From IMG/VR virus record IMGVR_UViG_3300037418_002116: a stretch of 64,000 nucleotides of DNA; one strand, 5' to 3'. This document shows, in pieces, positions 1 to 10,483 of this stretch. Below the pieces are notes generated by a model that had not been told where the DNA came from, made no database searches, and saw nothing but the letters and a program-made list of their open reading frames with translations. How positions within the stretch are numbered: position 1 is the first letter of the stretch; each line of letters opens with the position of its first letter. Origin of the DNA: a virus. Lineage: Duplodnaviria > Caudoviricetes. The position numbers and the translations under genes are program-made.

Positions 1-789
1 GGTAATCTAATGTATGATCGTTGGATGAAGATGAACGATATTAAACACGGTTTCATCGCTCAGCCACAAGAACCCGTGATCTTGAATTCCAATGAATATG
101 ACATGCAACAGCAAGCGGAAAATGGCGCTGGCGCTCTTGCCGCTGGTGAACGCAAGGCACGTTCATTGGACGAAGCACCTTTGCCATATTTGAAGCCAGA
201 AATCGACAAAAATCCATTGTCGAAAGCCGATATGCTGACTGCGAAAATGGCACAGGAAGATGAAGCCAAAGCAAGAGCATCACGCATCTATGATGCGCAG
301 AATGCCAAGCTTGCCCGTGAAGACGCATTGCCACAATCTTTCAAGGATTCCGTGAACAATTTCTTTGGCACAGTCGCAAAGAAACTGGACGATGAACGCA
401 AAAAGGAAAAGGCCGATATTGCCGACAAGAAATCGCAACTCGGAAATGCCTTTGGTTCATGGGCCGATAGCCTCGAAAGTACGATGCACGACACGTTTAA
501 GAGCTTCTATGATGCCGTCTCGGGCGGTGCACAAAAGAATGCTTTCCAGTCGATGTTAGACTCGATGGACTCGTTGAAACACAATGATTTCAGCGACATG
601 GTTGATTCAATGGATAAATACAAAGCTACAACTAACAAGATGAAGGCGGCTTCACAAATGAAACAAGCGCCAACACCTATTATAGTTCAAGCACCAAGTA
701 CAGTCAATCAGTCAACAACCGTATCGAATGGAACGACAATCAATTCTTCTGTTTCTGTAGGAAACAATAGAAAGTTCCTTGGAAGATAA
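1..789 (+). CDS. C-terminal part of baseplate hub/tape-measure-like protein (T4 gp29-like); 5' end lies outside the window
   Basis: Frame is open from base 1. Helical, low-complexity A/K/D-rich sequence ending in PIIVQAPSTVNQSTTV-type tail seen in T4-like gp29/tape-measure proteins; lies upstream of gp2. Confidence 0.5.
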   Translation, partial: GNLMYDRWMKMNDIKHGFIAQPQEPVILNSNEYDMQQQAENGAGALAAGERKARSLDEAPLPYLKPEIDKNPLSKADMLTAKMAQEDEAKARASRIYDAQNAKLAREDALPQSFKDSVNNFFGTVAKKLDDERKKEKADIADKKSQLGNAFGSWADSLESTMHDTFKSFYDAVSGGAQKNAFQSMLDSMDSLKHNDFSDMVDSMDKYKATTNKMKAASQMKQAPTPIIVQAPSTVNQSTTVSNGTTINSSVSVGNNRKFLGR

Positions 790-1398
790 ATGCAATATTG
801 TACATATTTGACTCTGTATAGAGGAAATAAGTTACCTCCATTTTATATTGGATATACCTCAATCGCAAAGATAGAACGTGGCTATAGAGGAACAGTTACA
901 TCGAAGCAGTACAAATTAATATGGAAACAAGAGCTTAGAGATAATCCAAATCTATTTAAAACAGTGATTATCTCTAATCATGATTCAAAAGAACAAGCTA
1001 AGCAACGTGAAACAGAACTTCAAAGTTACTTTTCTGTTCACACTAACCCAATGTACATCAATAAAATAATAAGTGGAGCATTACTATTTGCTCCCGGTCA
1101 TTCAGAAGCTACTAAACAAAAAATCCGATTAACAAAATTGGGTTCTAAAAATCCATTCTATGGGAAGACACATTCAGAAAAAGTTAGAAGTAATATTTCC
1201 AATAGTGCCAAAAATAAATCAGATAAACATAGAACAAAATTATCGGCCAAAATCAAGCTTTTGAACGCAAATAAACGCAAATCCATAACGGATGGATACA
1301 CAACTTTTGACAGTGTAAATGAATGCGCTAAATATTACAACATACATAGAAGGTCTGTTCTTAGAAAAGTACACGCCGGGCAATTTAGGTATCTGTAA
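790..1398 (+). mobile_element. Free-standing GIY-YIG homing endonuclease (Seg-like) with NUMOD3-type repeats
   Basis: YTYLTLY...PPFYIGYTS GIY-YIG motifs, RQYRG/E motif, NPFYGKTHSEKVRSNIS NUMOD3-like segment; AT-richer than flanks; inserted between morphogenesis genes. Confidence 0.85.
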
Positions 1399-2117
1399 TG
1401 CCATCATATACAATTCAAAAAATTCTTGAAGATGCCGCCAAAAAGAACCAAATCTTTCAAAAAAATGAGGAATCCCATAAGTGGTTTTACGAAAGAAGTA
1501 GAAGAACACTAACCAGTTCTTCTAAGCTCATTCGTGAATACTCTCAATCAGATTTGAGAACCACAACACAACTTCAAATTGGTTGTCTTTATTTCTTCTT
1601 TTATGACCCTAAGTGGAAAGACGAGCTACCATATTATGATCGCTTTCCATGCGTGTTTCTGACTGATGTTTGGAAGGATGCAGGCGGGCGCACACAGGTT
1701 GCCGGATTGAACCTCCACTATCTTCCCTACAAACAGCGAGCATTGCTGATGGATGCATTGTTGGACCTAGAAAACAATGCCACGCTCACGAAAGATAAGA
1801 AGCTCAAAATTTCGTATGGCATTTTGAAGAAAGCGGCAGCTTCGAAGTGGTTTCGGCCAACATACAAGCGCTATCTCAAATCACATGTCCGCTCACGTCT
1901 TGTCAAAGTTCCTTATGAGGAATGGACAGTAGCGGCATTCCTACCAGTTCAAGAATTCGAAAAGGCCACGACACGTGATGTTTGGGCCGATTCCGTTCGC
2001 CGGATTCAAGGCAAACCAAGAAAGGCTAAACCACGTTCAGGCAATACCAGTTCCGTTAAGCCAGCTTCGGTGCCATCAGTGAAACCAAGACGAAATAGAA
2101 ATACACCAACGAAATGA
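1398..2117 (+). CDS. DNA end protector protein (T4 gp2-like)
   Basis: FYDPKWKDELPYYDRFPCVF and GLNLHYLP motifs characteristic of gp2. Confidence 0.9.
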   Translation: MPSYTIQKILEDAAKKNQIFQKNEESHKWFYERSRRTLTSSSKLIREYSQSDLRTTTQLQIGCLYFFFYDPKWKDELPYYDRFPCVFLTDVWKDAGGRTQVAGLNLHYLPYKQRALLMDALLDLENNATLTKDKKLKISYGILKKAAASKWFRPTYKRYLKSHVRSRLVKVPYEEWTVAAFLPVQEFEKATTRDVWADSVRRIQGKPRKAKPRSGNTSSVKPASVPSVKPRRNRNTPTK

Positions 2118-2791
2118 AAGGTTTCTTTATCACCAACATAGAGAATTCAGCTTCTTACCAGATTGGGAAAGCAAATGTTGCCAGAGCTAACGACTTTGGC
2201 AACTTGAAAGCTGAAATATTTGAAGGTGTTAAAGGGAGCGAAGCCTATCCTATTTTCGAAAAAGAGAAAATAAAATTTCTCGATATCAAGTACCAATCAG
2301 AGCTTTTCAAAGAACGCAACAAAGAGAAAAAATACGATGAACAACCCGGTCAGGCTGGTTGTTTCGCTTCTCACTATTTGTTGTGGAAAAAATGCATAGA
2401 CTTAAACGAGACTATTGGTATTTTCGAATATGACGCCAAACAAACAAGAACTTTGCCAAAGAATATAGATTTTGAATCGATATTACACCTTGGCGGTTGG
2501 CATCCCATCAAAGATCAAGATGATGCAACTCTTATAAATGGAACAAGAGGATTGCACGAATACTTGGGTTACAATCGTTGGGGTTTCAAAAATGTAATGA
2601 TTGGATTGTATGCTTATCTATTGAAGCCGAATGCAGCAAAGATATTGGTAAAAACAGCAAAAACAAAGGGTTGGTTTCCGGCTGATAGATTTATGTCAAC
2701 AGACATAATTCAAATGAAAAAGCAAACATATAGTCCATTTCTATTTACAGCCGTTCCAATAATGAGTTTAACAGGTAACTATAATGTATAA
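2114..2791 (+). CDS. Glycosyltransferase family 25-like protein
   Basis: GCFASHYLLWKKCI...IFEYDA (GT25 GCxxSH/EDD-like) and PADRFM motifs. Confidence 0.7.
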   Translation: MKGFFITNIENSASYQIGKANVARANDFGNLKAEIFEGVKGSEAYPIFEKEKIKFLDIKYQSELFKERNKEKKYDEQPGQAGCFASHYLLWKKCIDLNETIGIFEYDAKQTRTLPKNIDFESILHLGGWHPIKDQDDATLINGTRGLHEYLGYNRWGFKNVMIGLYAYLLKPNAAKILVKTAKTKGWFPADRFMSTDIIQMKKQTYSPFLFTAVPIMSLTGNYNV

Positions 2792-4367
2792 TGGCATCGA
2801 ATTTCTAAGGGGCACGGGCGAGCAAATCGACTATACCCCGGAGATGCAAGCAGAAATCGTAAGATGTTACAACAGTTATGAGTATTTCGTAGAGAATTAC
2901 ATTAAGATTGACGATAACTCTGGTAATCTCAATCTAATCAAGCTGTATGACTATCAAAAGCGACTACTTAAGCTTATTCACTCAAACAAATTCGTTATTT
3001 GTAAGTTCCCTCGCCAGTGCGGTAAGACTACTTCGATGGCGACCTATATTGTTTGGTGTATCATCTTCAAAAAGCGTTTCAAGGTTGGTGTTGCCGCCGA
3101 TAAGGACGAAACGGCGACCGAAATTATGGACCGTGTGAAGACTGCTTACGAAAATCTGCCATATTGGATGCAACAAGGCGTCAAGAAATGGGACGCTCAC
3201 AAGGTCGTGCTTGAAAACGGCTCCCGTGTGGACGCTTCCGCTACCACCAAGAAAACCATGCGTGGTAAGACCTACAATCTTGTTTTGCTTGACGAATTTG
3301 CGTTCGTGGACCAGAACATCGCTGACCCATTCTTTACCGCTATCTACCCCGTTATTTCGAAGAATGATCCGACCAAGCGTATCGAGGAACAGACCAAACT
3401 TATCATCATCTCGACACCTAACGGCATGAATCACTTCCACAAGCTCTATGTGGAAGCCGAAAAGAAACAGAACACGTTTAAGAACATTGAAATTCGCTGG
3501 TACGAAGTGCCGGGCCGTGATGAAAAGTTCAAACAAGAAACAATCCGGAACATTGGCGACGACCGTTGGGAACAAGAATATGACGGCTCATTCCTTGGTG
3601 CCTCCACCAGCTTGATTCCGCCTAAGAAGCTGAAAACGCTTACTTGGGAAACACCGTTCGAAACATTCGAGGATATGGAATTTTATCGCCAGCCCGAGCC
3701 CGGTCACACATACTTCATTTCCGTTGACGTGTGCCGTGGTCGTGGTCTGGACTATCACGCTATGTCGATCATCGATATCACGCAACTGCCATATGTTGTG
3801 TGCGCCACCTATCACAACAATATGCTGGATACGATGTTGTATCCGACTCTGATTGTGAACATGGCTAAGCGCTACAATGAAGCGTTTGTGCTAATCGAAT
3901 TGAACGACATTGGTAAGCAAGTCGCTGATATCTGTGTTGAATTGGAATATGAAAATATGCTTTCAACCGTGACCAAAGGACGCTCCGGACAGGTGTTGAC
4001 GGTTGAATCGGGTAACGCCATGGGTCTAACCATGTCGAAGCCGGTGAAATCCACAGGCTGTTCTAACCTTAAGTCATTGATTGTAAACGATCAATTGATC
4101 CTGAATGACTACAAATACATTCAGGAATTGACCACGTTTGAAATTGCTTCTGGCCAGTACAAAGCGGCCCCCGGTGCGCATGACGATATGGTCATGTCTC
4201 TTGTGACATTTGCGTGGGCAACGACCGAAGTTTACTTCCAAGATTTGTTGGATGCTAACATTCGTGAAATGCTCTTCACAAAGCGCATCCAACAAATGGA
4301 AGATGACTTGGTGCCTGTAGGATTTCTAGGCGATATGAGCGGTGATGATACGCCAGTTGATTTTTAA
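2784..4367 (+). CDS. Terminase large subunit (T4 gp17-like)
   Basis: Walker A PRQCGKTT, Walker B LVLLDEFAF, ISTPNG motif III, nuclease motifs ISVDVCRG, ELNDIG and HDDMVMSL. Confidence 0.97.
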   Translation: MYNGIEFLRGTGEQIDYTPEMQAEIVRCYNSYEYFVENYIKIDDNSGNLNLIKLYDYQKRLLKLIHSNKFVICKFPRQCGKTTSMATYIVWCIIFKKRFKVGVAADKDETATEIMDRVKTAYENLPYWMQQGVKKWDAHKVVLENGSRVDASATTKKTMRGKTYNLVLLDEFAFVDQNIADPFFTAIYPVISKNDPTKRIEEQTKLIIISTPNGMNHFHKLYVEAEKKQNTFKNIEIRWYEVPGRDEKFKQETIRNIGDDRWEQEYDGSFLGASTSLIPPKKLKTLTWETPFETFEDMEFYRQPEPGHTYFISVDVCRGRGLDYHAMSIIDITQLPYVVCATYHNNMLDTMLYPTLIVNMAKRYNEAFVLIELNDIGKQVADICVELEYENMLSTVTKGRSGQVLTVESGNAMGLTMSKPVKSTGCSNLKSLIVNDQLILNDYKYIQELTTFEIASGQYKAAPGAHDDMVMSLVTFAWATTEVYFQDLLDANIREMLFTKRIQQMEDDLVPVGFLGDMSGDDTPVDF

Positions 4368-4837
4368 TCAACAAACTTGATCAACTCACCCTCAACGGTA
4401 TCTATCCACAAGACGGCTTTTTGCGCTCCGATTTTCATGGTTGAAACAAACCATTTGTCTGGGTTTGAATGACCAAGGTTATCACAAATAATCCAGTCAA
4501 ATGGCTTCTCTCGATGAATAACCTTTTGTAGCCAAAACTGGTAACCGCCAGACTTTGGCATAACAGTTACCTTTTCAGATATGCCGTAACCTTCCATGAT
4601 ATATGGTCTGCACTCGATATAAAGGACATTTAGCCCTTCATCAGTCAGCTTGTTGGCATATTTTGCCATCCAAGTTGATGCTCCACACATGCGAGGCAAA
4701 GCAAACTTCCACAATCGCTTTGTATCACCATGAATTTCTTCTGTCAGGCGAATTCTCTTCTCAATTGCATCGAATACAGATGTATCAAAAGTGTCCATTG
4801 ATCGTAAAATGCCTTTTAACGTTATCGGGAATATCAT
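4364..4837 (-). CDS. Hypothetical protein with degenerate P-loop (terminase-ATPase-like)
   Basis: FALPRMCGAST resembles PRQxGK[ST]; FDWIICD resembles Walker B. Confidence 0.5.
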   Translation of the reverse strand: MIFPITLKGILRSMDTFDTSVFDAIEKRIRLTEEIHGDTKRLWKFALPRMCGASTWMAKYANKLTDEGLNVLYIECRPYIMEGYGISEKVTVMPKSGGYQFWLQKVIHREKPFDWIICDNLGHSNPDKWFVSTMKIGAQKAVLWIDTVEGELIKFVD

Positions 4838-5545
4838 TCCATTGCGAAGAACGCATGGAAATATGATTCAGATACCGACTGTTCATGAAACCATTATGAA
4901 AATAGCCAATGATCAGTGCCAATTCATATGTCGTTATGTCTTCTTTTGGTTTATATTTGACCGAAATTGATTTGTCGAACAATCCAGTCACTACAGATTT
5001 GTTCGAACCTTCGATATGATCACCCAAACCAACAAATCTCCATCAGAGGAAGTTTTGCGGCGTCGAATGATTTACCTTGATCGGTGAATTTCTTACGGCG
5101 AAGTTCGATTTGCTTTTCTGTCAAACCAATCCAGTGCGCCGTATATTCGATATTGTTCGAACCCAAATACTTGATTAATTTATCGAGTTTGTCGAAATTA
5201 GCTTCGTTGAAGAATCTTGTTTGCATCTTCTCTGTTGTCGTCCTTTCCAATGAAGAATAAACCAGACATGGTTGCGAGTTGTGTGATGAAGAATACTTTC
5301 ACCGTTTCTTCTTCAAATGGTGACGTATATTCATCATACATTAGTCCAAATATTTGTACACCGTTGTCGTCGAGGTGATACAATTCAAAAAACACATCAT
5401 GCTGAATAGAATTACAACAAAGAATAGTTCCCTCAAACCCTTTTCTGATTGTTGTTATCACATCTTCGTCTGTACCAGTGAATTTTGTTATTTCTATGAT
5501 GCGCTTGTTGTTATAGCGCCCGATTAGGTCGTGAATTTTTGCCAT
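4785..5545 (-). CDS. Three small hypothetical CDSs (4785-5027, 5020-5250, 5198-5545)
   Basis: Tightly overlapping co-oriented ORFs typical of a phage operon; no recognisable motifs. Confidence 0.6.
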
Positions 5546-5604
5546 TTGATAGCCTCTTTCTTATTGTTTGGAACATTGTAAATGTTCTTAGTGAGCTAAA
5601 CATA

Positions 5605-6246
5605 TCAAACACCAAACTCTTCTTTGAATTGCTGTCTAAGCTTGGCAAATTCTAATAATCGATCCTTCGTATGTCCTTGAAAAACTTGAAGTGTTCCGAA
5701 TTCATCAACCACAAGAATACGATACTTATTTATGGAAATACCGGTGCGTTCCCGAAACATTTCGGCATACACATTTACTTGCATTCGATAGCCTTCGACG
5801 TATTCGGCCTTCTTTTCTTTCGTGGTTCCCTTGAAATCCACAATTTCAGGCTCTTCGAACACGCCCATTAGATCGGTGCGCCCGGCTGTTTTCAGTCGTT
5901 TGGAGTACAATGGTGTTTCAATGCACCATGCCTCTTTCATGTTGTCGTCAAGATGCTTGCGAAGCGTATTGAACAACGACCGGTGAAACGGAGTCGGTGG
6001 CGATACCGGTTGGCCAGAGATATAATCCTCCATCATCTTGTGAATGATGTTGCCACGTTCCGCCGCTCGATTGCGGGTAAATTCCGCCTTCTCTTCGCCT
6101 AGACGCTTACGCCACTTTTCGAGCCCTTCCTTGGCCCGGAGCGCCAGCACGGTCGTGACACTTGGAAACTTACCATCTGGTGTGATGTAAAAGCGCTTTC
6201 CATCTTCCTGAACCGATTGGATATCGGGTAAATTGAAATCTCTCAA
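5605..6246 (-). CDS. PD-(D/E)XK (Cas4-like) exonuclease
   Basis: PSVTTVL, RGNIIH, IETPLYS, AGRTDL, IVDFKG motifs, as in the exonuclease usually found near PhoH in T4-like phages. Confidence 0.85.
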   Translation of the reverse strand: MRDFNLPDIQSVQEDGKRFYITPDGKFPSVTTVLALRAKEGLEKWRKRLGEEKAEFTRNRAAERGNIIHKMMEDYISGQPVSPPTPFHRSLFNTLRKHLDDNMKEAWCIETPLYSKRLKTAGRTDLMGVFEEPEIVDFKGTTKEKKAEYVEGYRMQVNVYAEMFRERTGISINKYRILVVDEFGTLQVFQGHTKDRLLEFAKLRQQFKEEFGV

Positions 6247-6901
6247 TTTTCTTCGGAATCCGGATGATCTTCCCGGTGAATTTCATAGGCATAAGAAATG
6301 CCTTCCCAATTATCGACGCCAGCGGCTTCTAGCGAGGATAGCCATGCGTCACGCTTAAGCAATTCAGTATACTCTTCAATAGGAATGGAAACTGTTGGAA
6401 TAGCGATAAGTTCTTTCGTCACTTCTCTATTTCTTTCTAGCTCTTTGCGAGCCTCTTGTTGTGCTTGTCTCAATGCGTCTGTGTAGCTGTAACTAGAAGT
6501 CATTTTGTTGGTTCGTATCCGTATGCTAAAATCTCTTGCTCGTTGGCATAACGGAGCGTTTCAAAATAGAATTCTTCGTCATCGTCTTGTGTCCACCCAT
6601 CACCACGGAAATAATGACCGGTGACGCCTTCCATAACATAGAAACCGGGCTGTAAACCTTCATCCAACATCCCTAGATCGTTGAACCAATAATCGATGCC
6701 AGCGCCTTCCGCCATCCAAAAGGCAGCACCATCATAATCATAGACTTCGATATTGTATTCGAGCCTGCCACGGTAATCCTCGACTAAGCCCATGATTTCA
6801 AAAACAATCATGCCTCTATCTTTGTATGAAGGAGGATCAAAATCGGTGTTGTCTTCTGTTCCTGTAATTTCTAGGAAAAATTCGTCTATTTCGTCGCTCA
6901 T
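6243..6901 (-). CDS. Two hypothetical CDSs (6243-6503; 6500-6901, very acidic)
   Basis: 4-nt overlaps with neighbours; RBS-like GAGG upstream. Confidence 0.65.
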
Positions 6902-6911
6902 TTCGTCTCTA

Positions 6912-7464
6912 CTAATCTCGCCTCATAATTTGGTTGCCGATAGCTAGGGCAAGACAGATAAAAACGGCAACGCCAACAAATCCCAAATATATCCATTGTG
7001 CAATTTGAGAAACAGCGATTATGTATATGAAACCGGCAGATAGAAATATGACAGCCGAGCCGATTAGAAAGGCTTTAAGGTCTTTGTTCATTGCAAACCA
7101 GTTTCTATACCTTGTTTAAAAGCATGGATGATTTCACCCATCTTCTGTGAGGCTCCAATTGGATTGAACAAAAAGGACAACACAATCAAGAACGCCGCAA
7201 GTGCTAAAATGTCTCTCATTTTTCTTTCTTTCCCCATGCAAACCATTCATGGTCATACTTATCAACGCATTGGTTTGGCCATTCGGCATCTTGTTTGTAG
7301 ATCAATTGTGGAATGAATTGTGGATATTCGTGATTAAGTTCTAGACATGCAATGCGCATGTGATCATTCCATTGATCATCTTTAAGCTTAGTAATTTCAT
7401 ATTTGTTGATGGTGCAGAAAACAAAAAGCAGGACGCACCAAAACCCAAGAACAAAGTGTTTCAC
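6912..7464 (-). CDS. Three small membrane-protein CDSs (about 6912-7091, 7088-7219, 7216-7464)
   Basis: Hand translation gives MNKDLKAFLIGSAVIFLSAG... and MRDILALAAFLIVLSFLF...; the third is in the ORF track. All have hydrophobic segments and ATGA-type overlaps. Confidence 0.6.
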
Positions 7465-8114
7465 ATCGTTTCCAATATTACTTTCACTCGGGAAGCATCG
7501 ATCTTTCCCTGATATTTCTTCATAATTTGACCGACAAACCAGTTTTTAAGGTTTGTCTGCTTTTGTGCCTTTTCCCATTGTTCTGGGTTGGCTTCGATCA
7601 CTGCTTTGAGCGCATCGAAAATCTCATAATCATGAACTTCTGCAAACACATGGCGAGTCCGAACAATGTCGTAATCTTCGGACAATTCAGGTAGCATGGC
7701 CTTTTTCTGATTGAATGTGAGTGTATCATTGACCAGTCGAATAAGCTTGCGCTTATCAGCGATCACATCCAAAGCCCTTGTGCCGGTTTCCTTGGCTATC
7801 TGTGCGATAGGTCCAATGAAGAGTTTGATTGCGTCTTCCTTGTTGTCGAAGGCGCTGAAAAGGTAACAGAAATTAATCCAGTCGGTTTCAAAGAGATTGC
7901 CGAGCGCTTCCGATGTTTTCCAGTCGATTGAGAGCCCGTATTGACTTTTCAGATAATGGATTGGTGGTTCAGCGAACCAAAATTTTCGGATATAGGCGGC
8001 ATCAGTTAGCTTCGACCAAGACGTAACGAAACCAGTCGTCACATTCTTGGTCTTGCCAGTAATCCAATCACCCGTGATTTCGATATCGAAATGCACGATT
8101 TCATCATCACTCAT
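7461..8114 (-). CDS. Protein with C-terminal GatB/YqeY-like tRNA-binding domain
   Basis: C-terminus VIEANPEQWEK...NWFVGQIMKKYQGKIDASRVKVIL matches the GatB tail pattern (V..NP.....K....FFVGQVMK...GKA....V). Confidence 0.7.
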   Translation of the reverse strand: MSDDEIVHFDIEITGDWITGKTKNVTTGFVTSWSKLTDAAYIRKFWFAEPPIHYLKSQYGLSIDWKTSEALGNLFETDWINFCYLFSAFDNKEDAIKLFIGPIAQIAKETGTRALDVIADKRKLIRLVNDTLTFNQKKAMLPELSEDYDIVRTRHVFAEVHDYEIFDALKAVIEANPEQWEKAQKQTNLKNWFVGQIMKKYQGKIDASRVKVILETM

Positions 8115-8126
8115 AGAGTGTCTTTC

Positions 8127-8912
8127 TTAAAGGTCTAGGTCTTCTCTCGACAGAATCCACTCACGGCAAATGCCCGAGCGCACAATGTCATCAACGCCGA
8201 ATTCAACTGATTTGAATGAAGGCATGTTTTCTAGAATTCTAATCGCCTCACGACCACCAGAAATCTCATATTTCTTTACCAAATCGACCTGTTTTGTGTC
8301 GCCGGAAACAATAACACGACAATTTTCACCGATACGGGTTATAACCGTATGAATTTCATGCATTGTGCCGTTCTGGAATTCGTCCAGTATAACAATTGCA
8401 TCCTTGAATGTCAAGCCTCTTAGGTATGATGTTGTCGTAAATTCGAGAACACCCATTTTCTTTAGATTTTCGTATGCATTTTCACGATTGAACAATTCGG
8501 CGCACACACCTGTGTAGGCCATTTCATAGATTTTAGATTTTTCGGCAAGCGAGCCGGGCAAGAAACCGGAATCTTTTGTAGGAGCCGCTGAACGAATGAC
8601 GATAACTTTTTTGAAGTCAGAACCGGGAGTGAGAACAGTTTTCAAAGCCAGATAGAGAGCGCAATAAGTTTTGCCTGTACCGGCTGTGCCATACATCAAA
8701 ATATTGTAGTCTTTGCGGAAGGCATCGAACGCCTTTTTCTGATTAGTTGTCTTTGGTTGCACATCCACCAAGGTCATTGGTGTTCTTGGTTCGTGATAAT
8801 GCTGAATGGTTTCTTTCTCTTTTGTTGCACCACGGCCACGTTTTACCGTTTTGTTGTACTTTCTTTTTGATGTTGGTGCGGCTTCAAAGAAATCGTCTAA
8901 AAAGTTGTCCAA
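8127..8912 (-). CDS. phoH: PhoH family ATPase
   Basis: GTAGTGKT, GFLPGSLAEK, YLRGLTF, ILDEFQN, TRIGENC, SGDTKQVDL and DDIVRSG motifs. Confidence 0.95.
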   Translation of the reverse strand: MDNFLDDFFEAAPTSKRKYNKTVKRGRGATKEKETIQHYHEPRTPMTLVDVQPKTTNQKKAFDAFRKDYNILMYGTAGTGKTYCALYLALKTVLTPGSDFKKVIVIRSAAPTKDSGFLPGSLAEKSKIYEMAYTGVCAELFNRENAYENLKKMGVLEFTTTSYLRGLTFKDAIVILDEFQNGTMHEIHTVITRIGENCRVIVSGDTKQVDLVKKYEISGGREAIRILENMPSFKSVEFGVDDIVRSGICREWILSREDLDL

Positions 8913-8983
8913 TTTGTTTTCCTGTTATTATTGTTATATTGGCCATGACGAAATATATTTCTATTATATGATGATTATATCCA

Positions 8984-9226
8984 TCAAATTTCCCCCAAAT
9001 TACCTGAATTGATTGTAGAACCGTGATTGTTCTTTTTGATGCGGTTGAGCAAGCTCTTCCAACCGTTATCGGTCTTGATCCCGCCAACATCATGCACCAT
9101 TGAAGCATTAGTGATGATTTGAAATTTGTCTGGATTTGCTTTAAGGTATTCTTCACGCTCTGCAATCGTCATTTCCAGCGTGATTTCTTCCTGTGTATTT
9201 CTGTCTTCGAACGTGTAGAAAGGCAT
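8984..9226 (-). CDS. Small FmdB-like protein conserved in T4-like phages
   Basis: MPFYTF...EREEYLKANP N-terminus and position upstream of phoH. Confidence 0.55.
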   Translation of the reverse strand: MPFYTFEDRNTQEEITLEMTIAEREEYLKANPDKFQIITNASMVHDVGGIKTDNGWKSLLNRIKKNNHGSTINSGNLGEI

Positions 9227-9354
9227 TATGTCCTTGTTTTTCCTTATAAAAATGAATATGCCCCTACATTACCTCTCGAAAGGCAATGGGAAGGGGCATT
9301 GGGTCAATATTCTGTTTTCATGTCTATATTTATAATCCTGCCGGGCACACCGAT

Positions 9355-10463
9355 TTATTCCATATCGATGGAACGCCATGAGGGACGCTTGAAATTCACA
9401 AATTGTTTTGTGGAGGCATTAAAAAAATAATTTTTAACGGCGTTGTTGAGGATATCCCACTCAAACACAACGCATTCGTTCACATGCATACGAGACGGTA
9501 TCGGATATTGAATCGCAATATTGTTGTTCAGTCGATCCGAAAACAATCCCTTGGCACCGGCATTTTGAAATCCTCGAAATTTCAGATTTACCATCAGCCT
9601 AAAATTGGGTCTGATCCAGTCATCCGAGCCAGAAAGATTTTTCTTCACAAATTTCTGACATTGCTCTTGGCAGCACTCCATATCGGGTATCATGTTGATA
9701 GGGAACATTTTAACGGAATGTGCGTGGATATAGAATTGTTCTTTTTCGTTGAAATTACAATAAACGGAATTCTCAAGTCCCACATTGTCAAGCATCGTTT
9801 TGGCGGAATTCGCAAACTTACATGCGTTTCCACCATCGGCATCCCAAGCGAGAATTTGGAATTTTTCATCTTCCGTTGGAAGCCAGCTTTTTATGGTTGT
9901 GATAACTTTTGAAGCCACGTCGGTTTACCAATTCGTGTTGATGCTGTTGTATCGACCAAAACTTTGGCCGTTTCGATTTTGCCATAGGCATATGTGATTT
10001 CTATCACATAACAATGATCTATTATCATCCTTCCAAGCCTGCTGAAAGTCCTACCAGAATCAGTCGGTATCAACAATCGTATTGGGCGATTATCAATGTC
10101 AACGAACTTGTATTGGCGCTCTTTCCCATTGGAAGCAGTTGTATATTTGTATTTAAAATGAACAAGCGTTGTAACCGAAAGTTCTTTTTCCCAACGTTTC
10201 ACCAGTTTTTGCAAAATACTTTTGTTTTGAATGACTTGTAGCAACACACACTCTCGTGTGTATCGGCGGTCGTCACCTAAATCAAAGCAGACCAATGTTT
10301 TGGCGGGCGGCAGGCGGTTTAAATCATGGTAATGGACGCCACCATTTTCTGTCACATGGACAAGAGAATTATACGTGTATGCCCAAAATTGTACAGAATG
10401 AGGCACCACGAAATCGCTTGGTGGTTGCATAGAATCTCGAAAATTTGAAAGTATAAATAACAT
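9355..10463 (-). CDS. Two hypothetical CDSs (9355-9918, 9891-10463)
   Basis: Long co-oriented overlapping ORFs; no recognisable motif. Confidence 0.5.
10452..10459 (+). promoter_or_regulatory. T4-type late promoter TATAAATA
   Basis: Exact consensus, 25 nt upstream of the cell-wall hydrolase start, with a TAGGAG RBS between. Confidence 0.85.
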
Positions 10464-10483
10464 ACTAACATAGGAGATTTAAT

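Noticed and set aside
2784-4367. Intron or intein in the terminase
   Set aside because: Continuous 527-aa ORF of normal gp17 size with no splicing motifs.
9257-9334. Hairpin ATGCCCCT...AGGGGCAT beside a minus-strand TATAAATA
   Set aside because: Could be a terminator, processing site or leader of the FmdB-like gene; too short and ambiguous to call an ncRNA.
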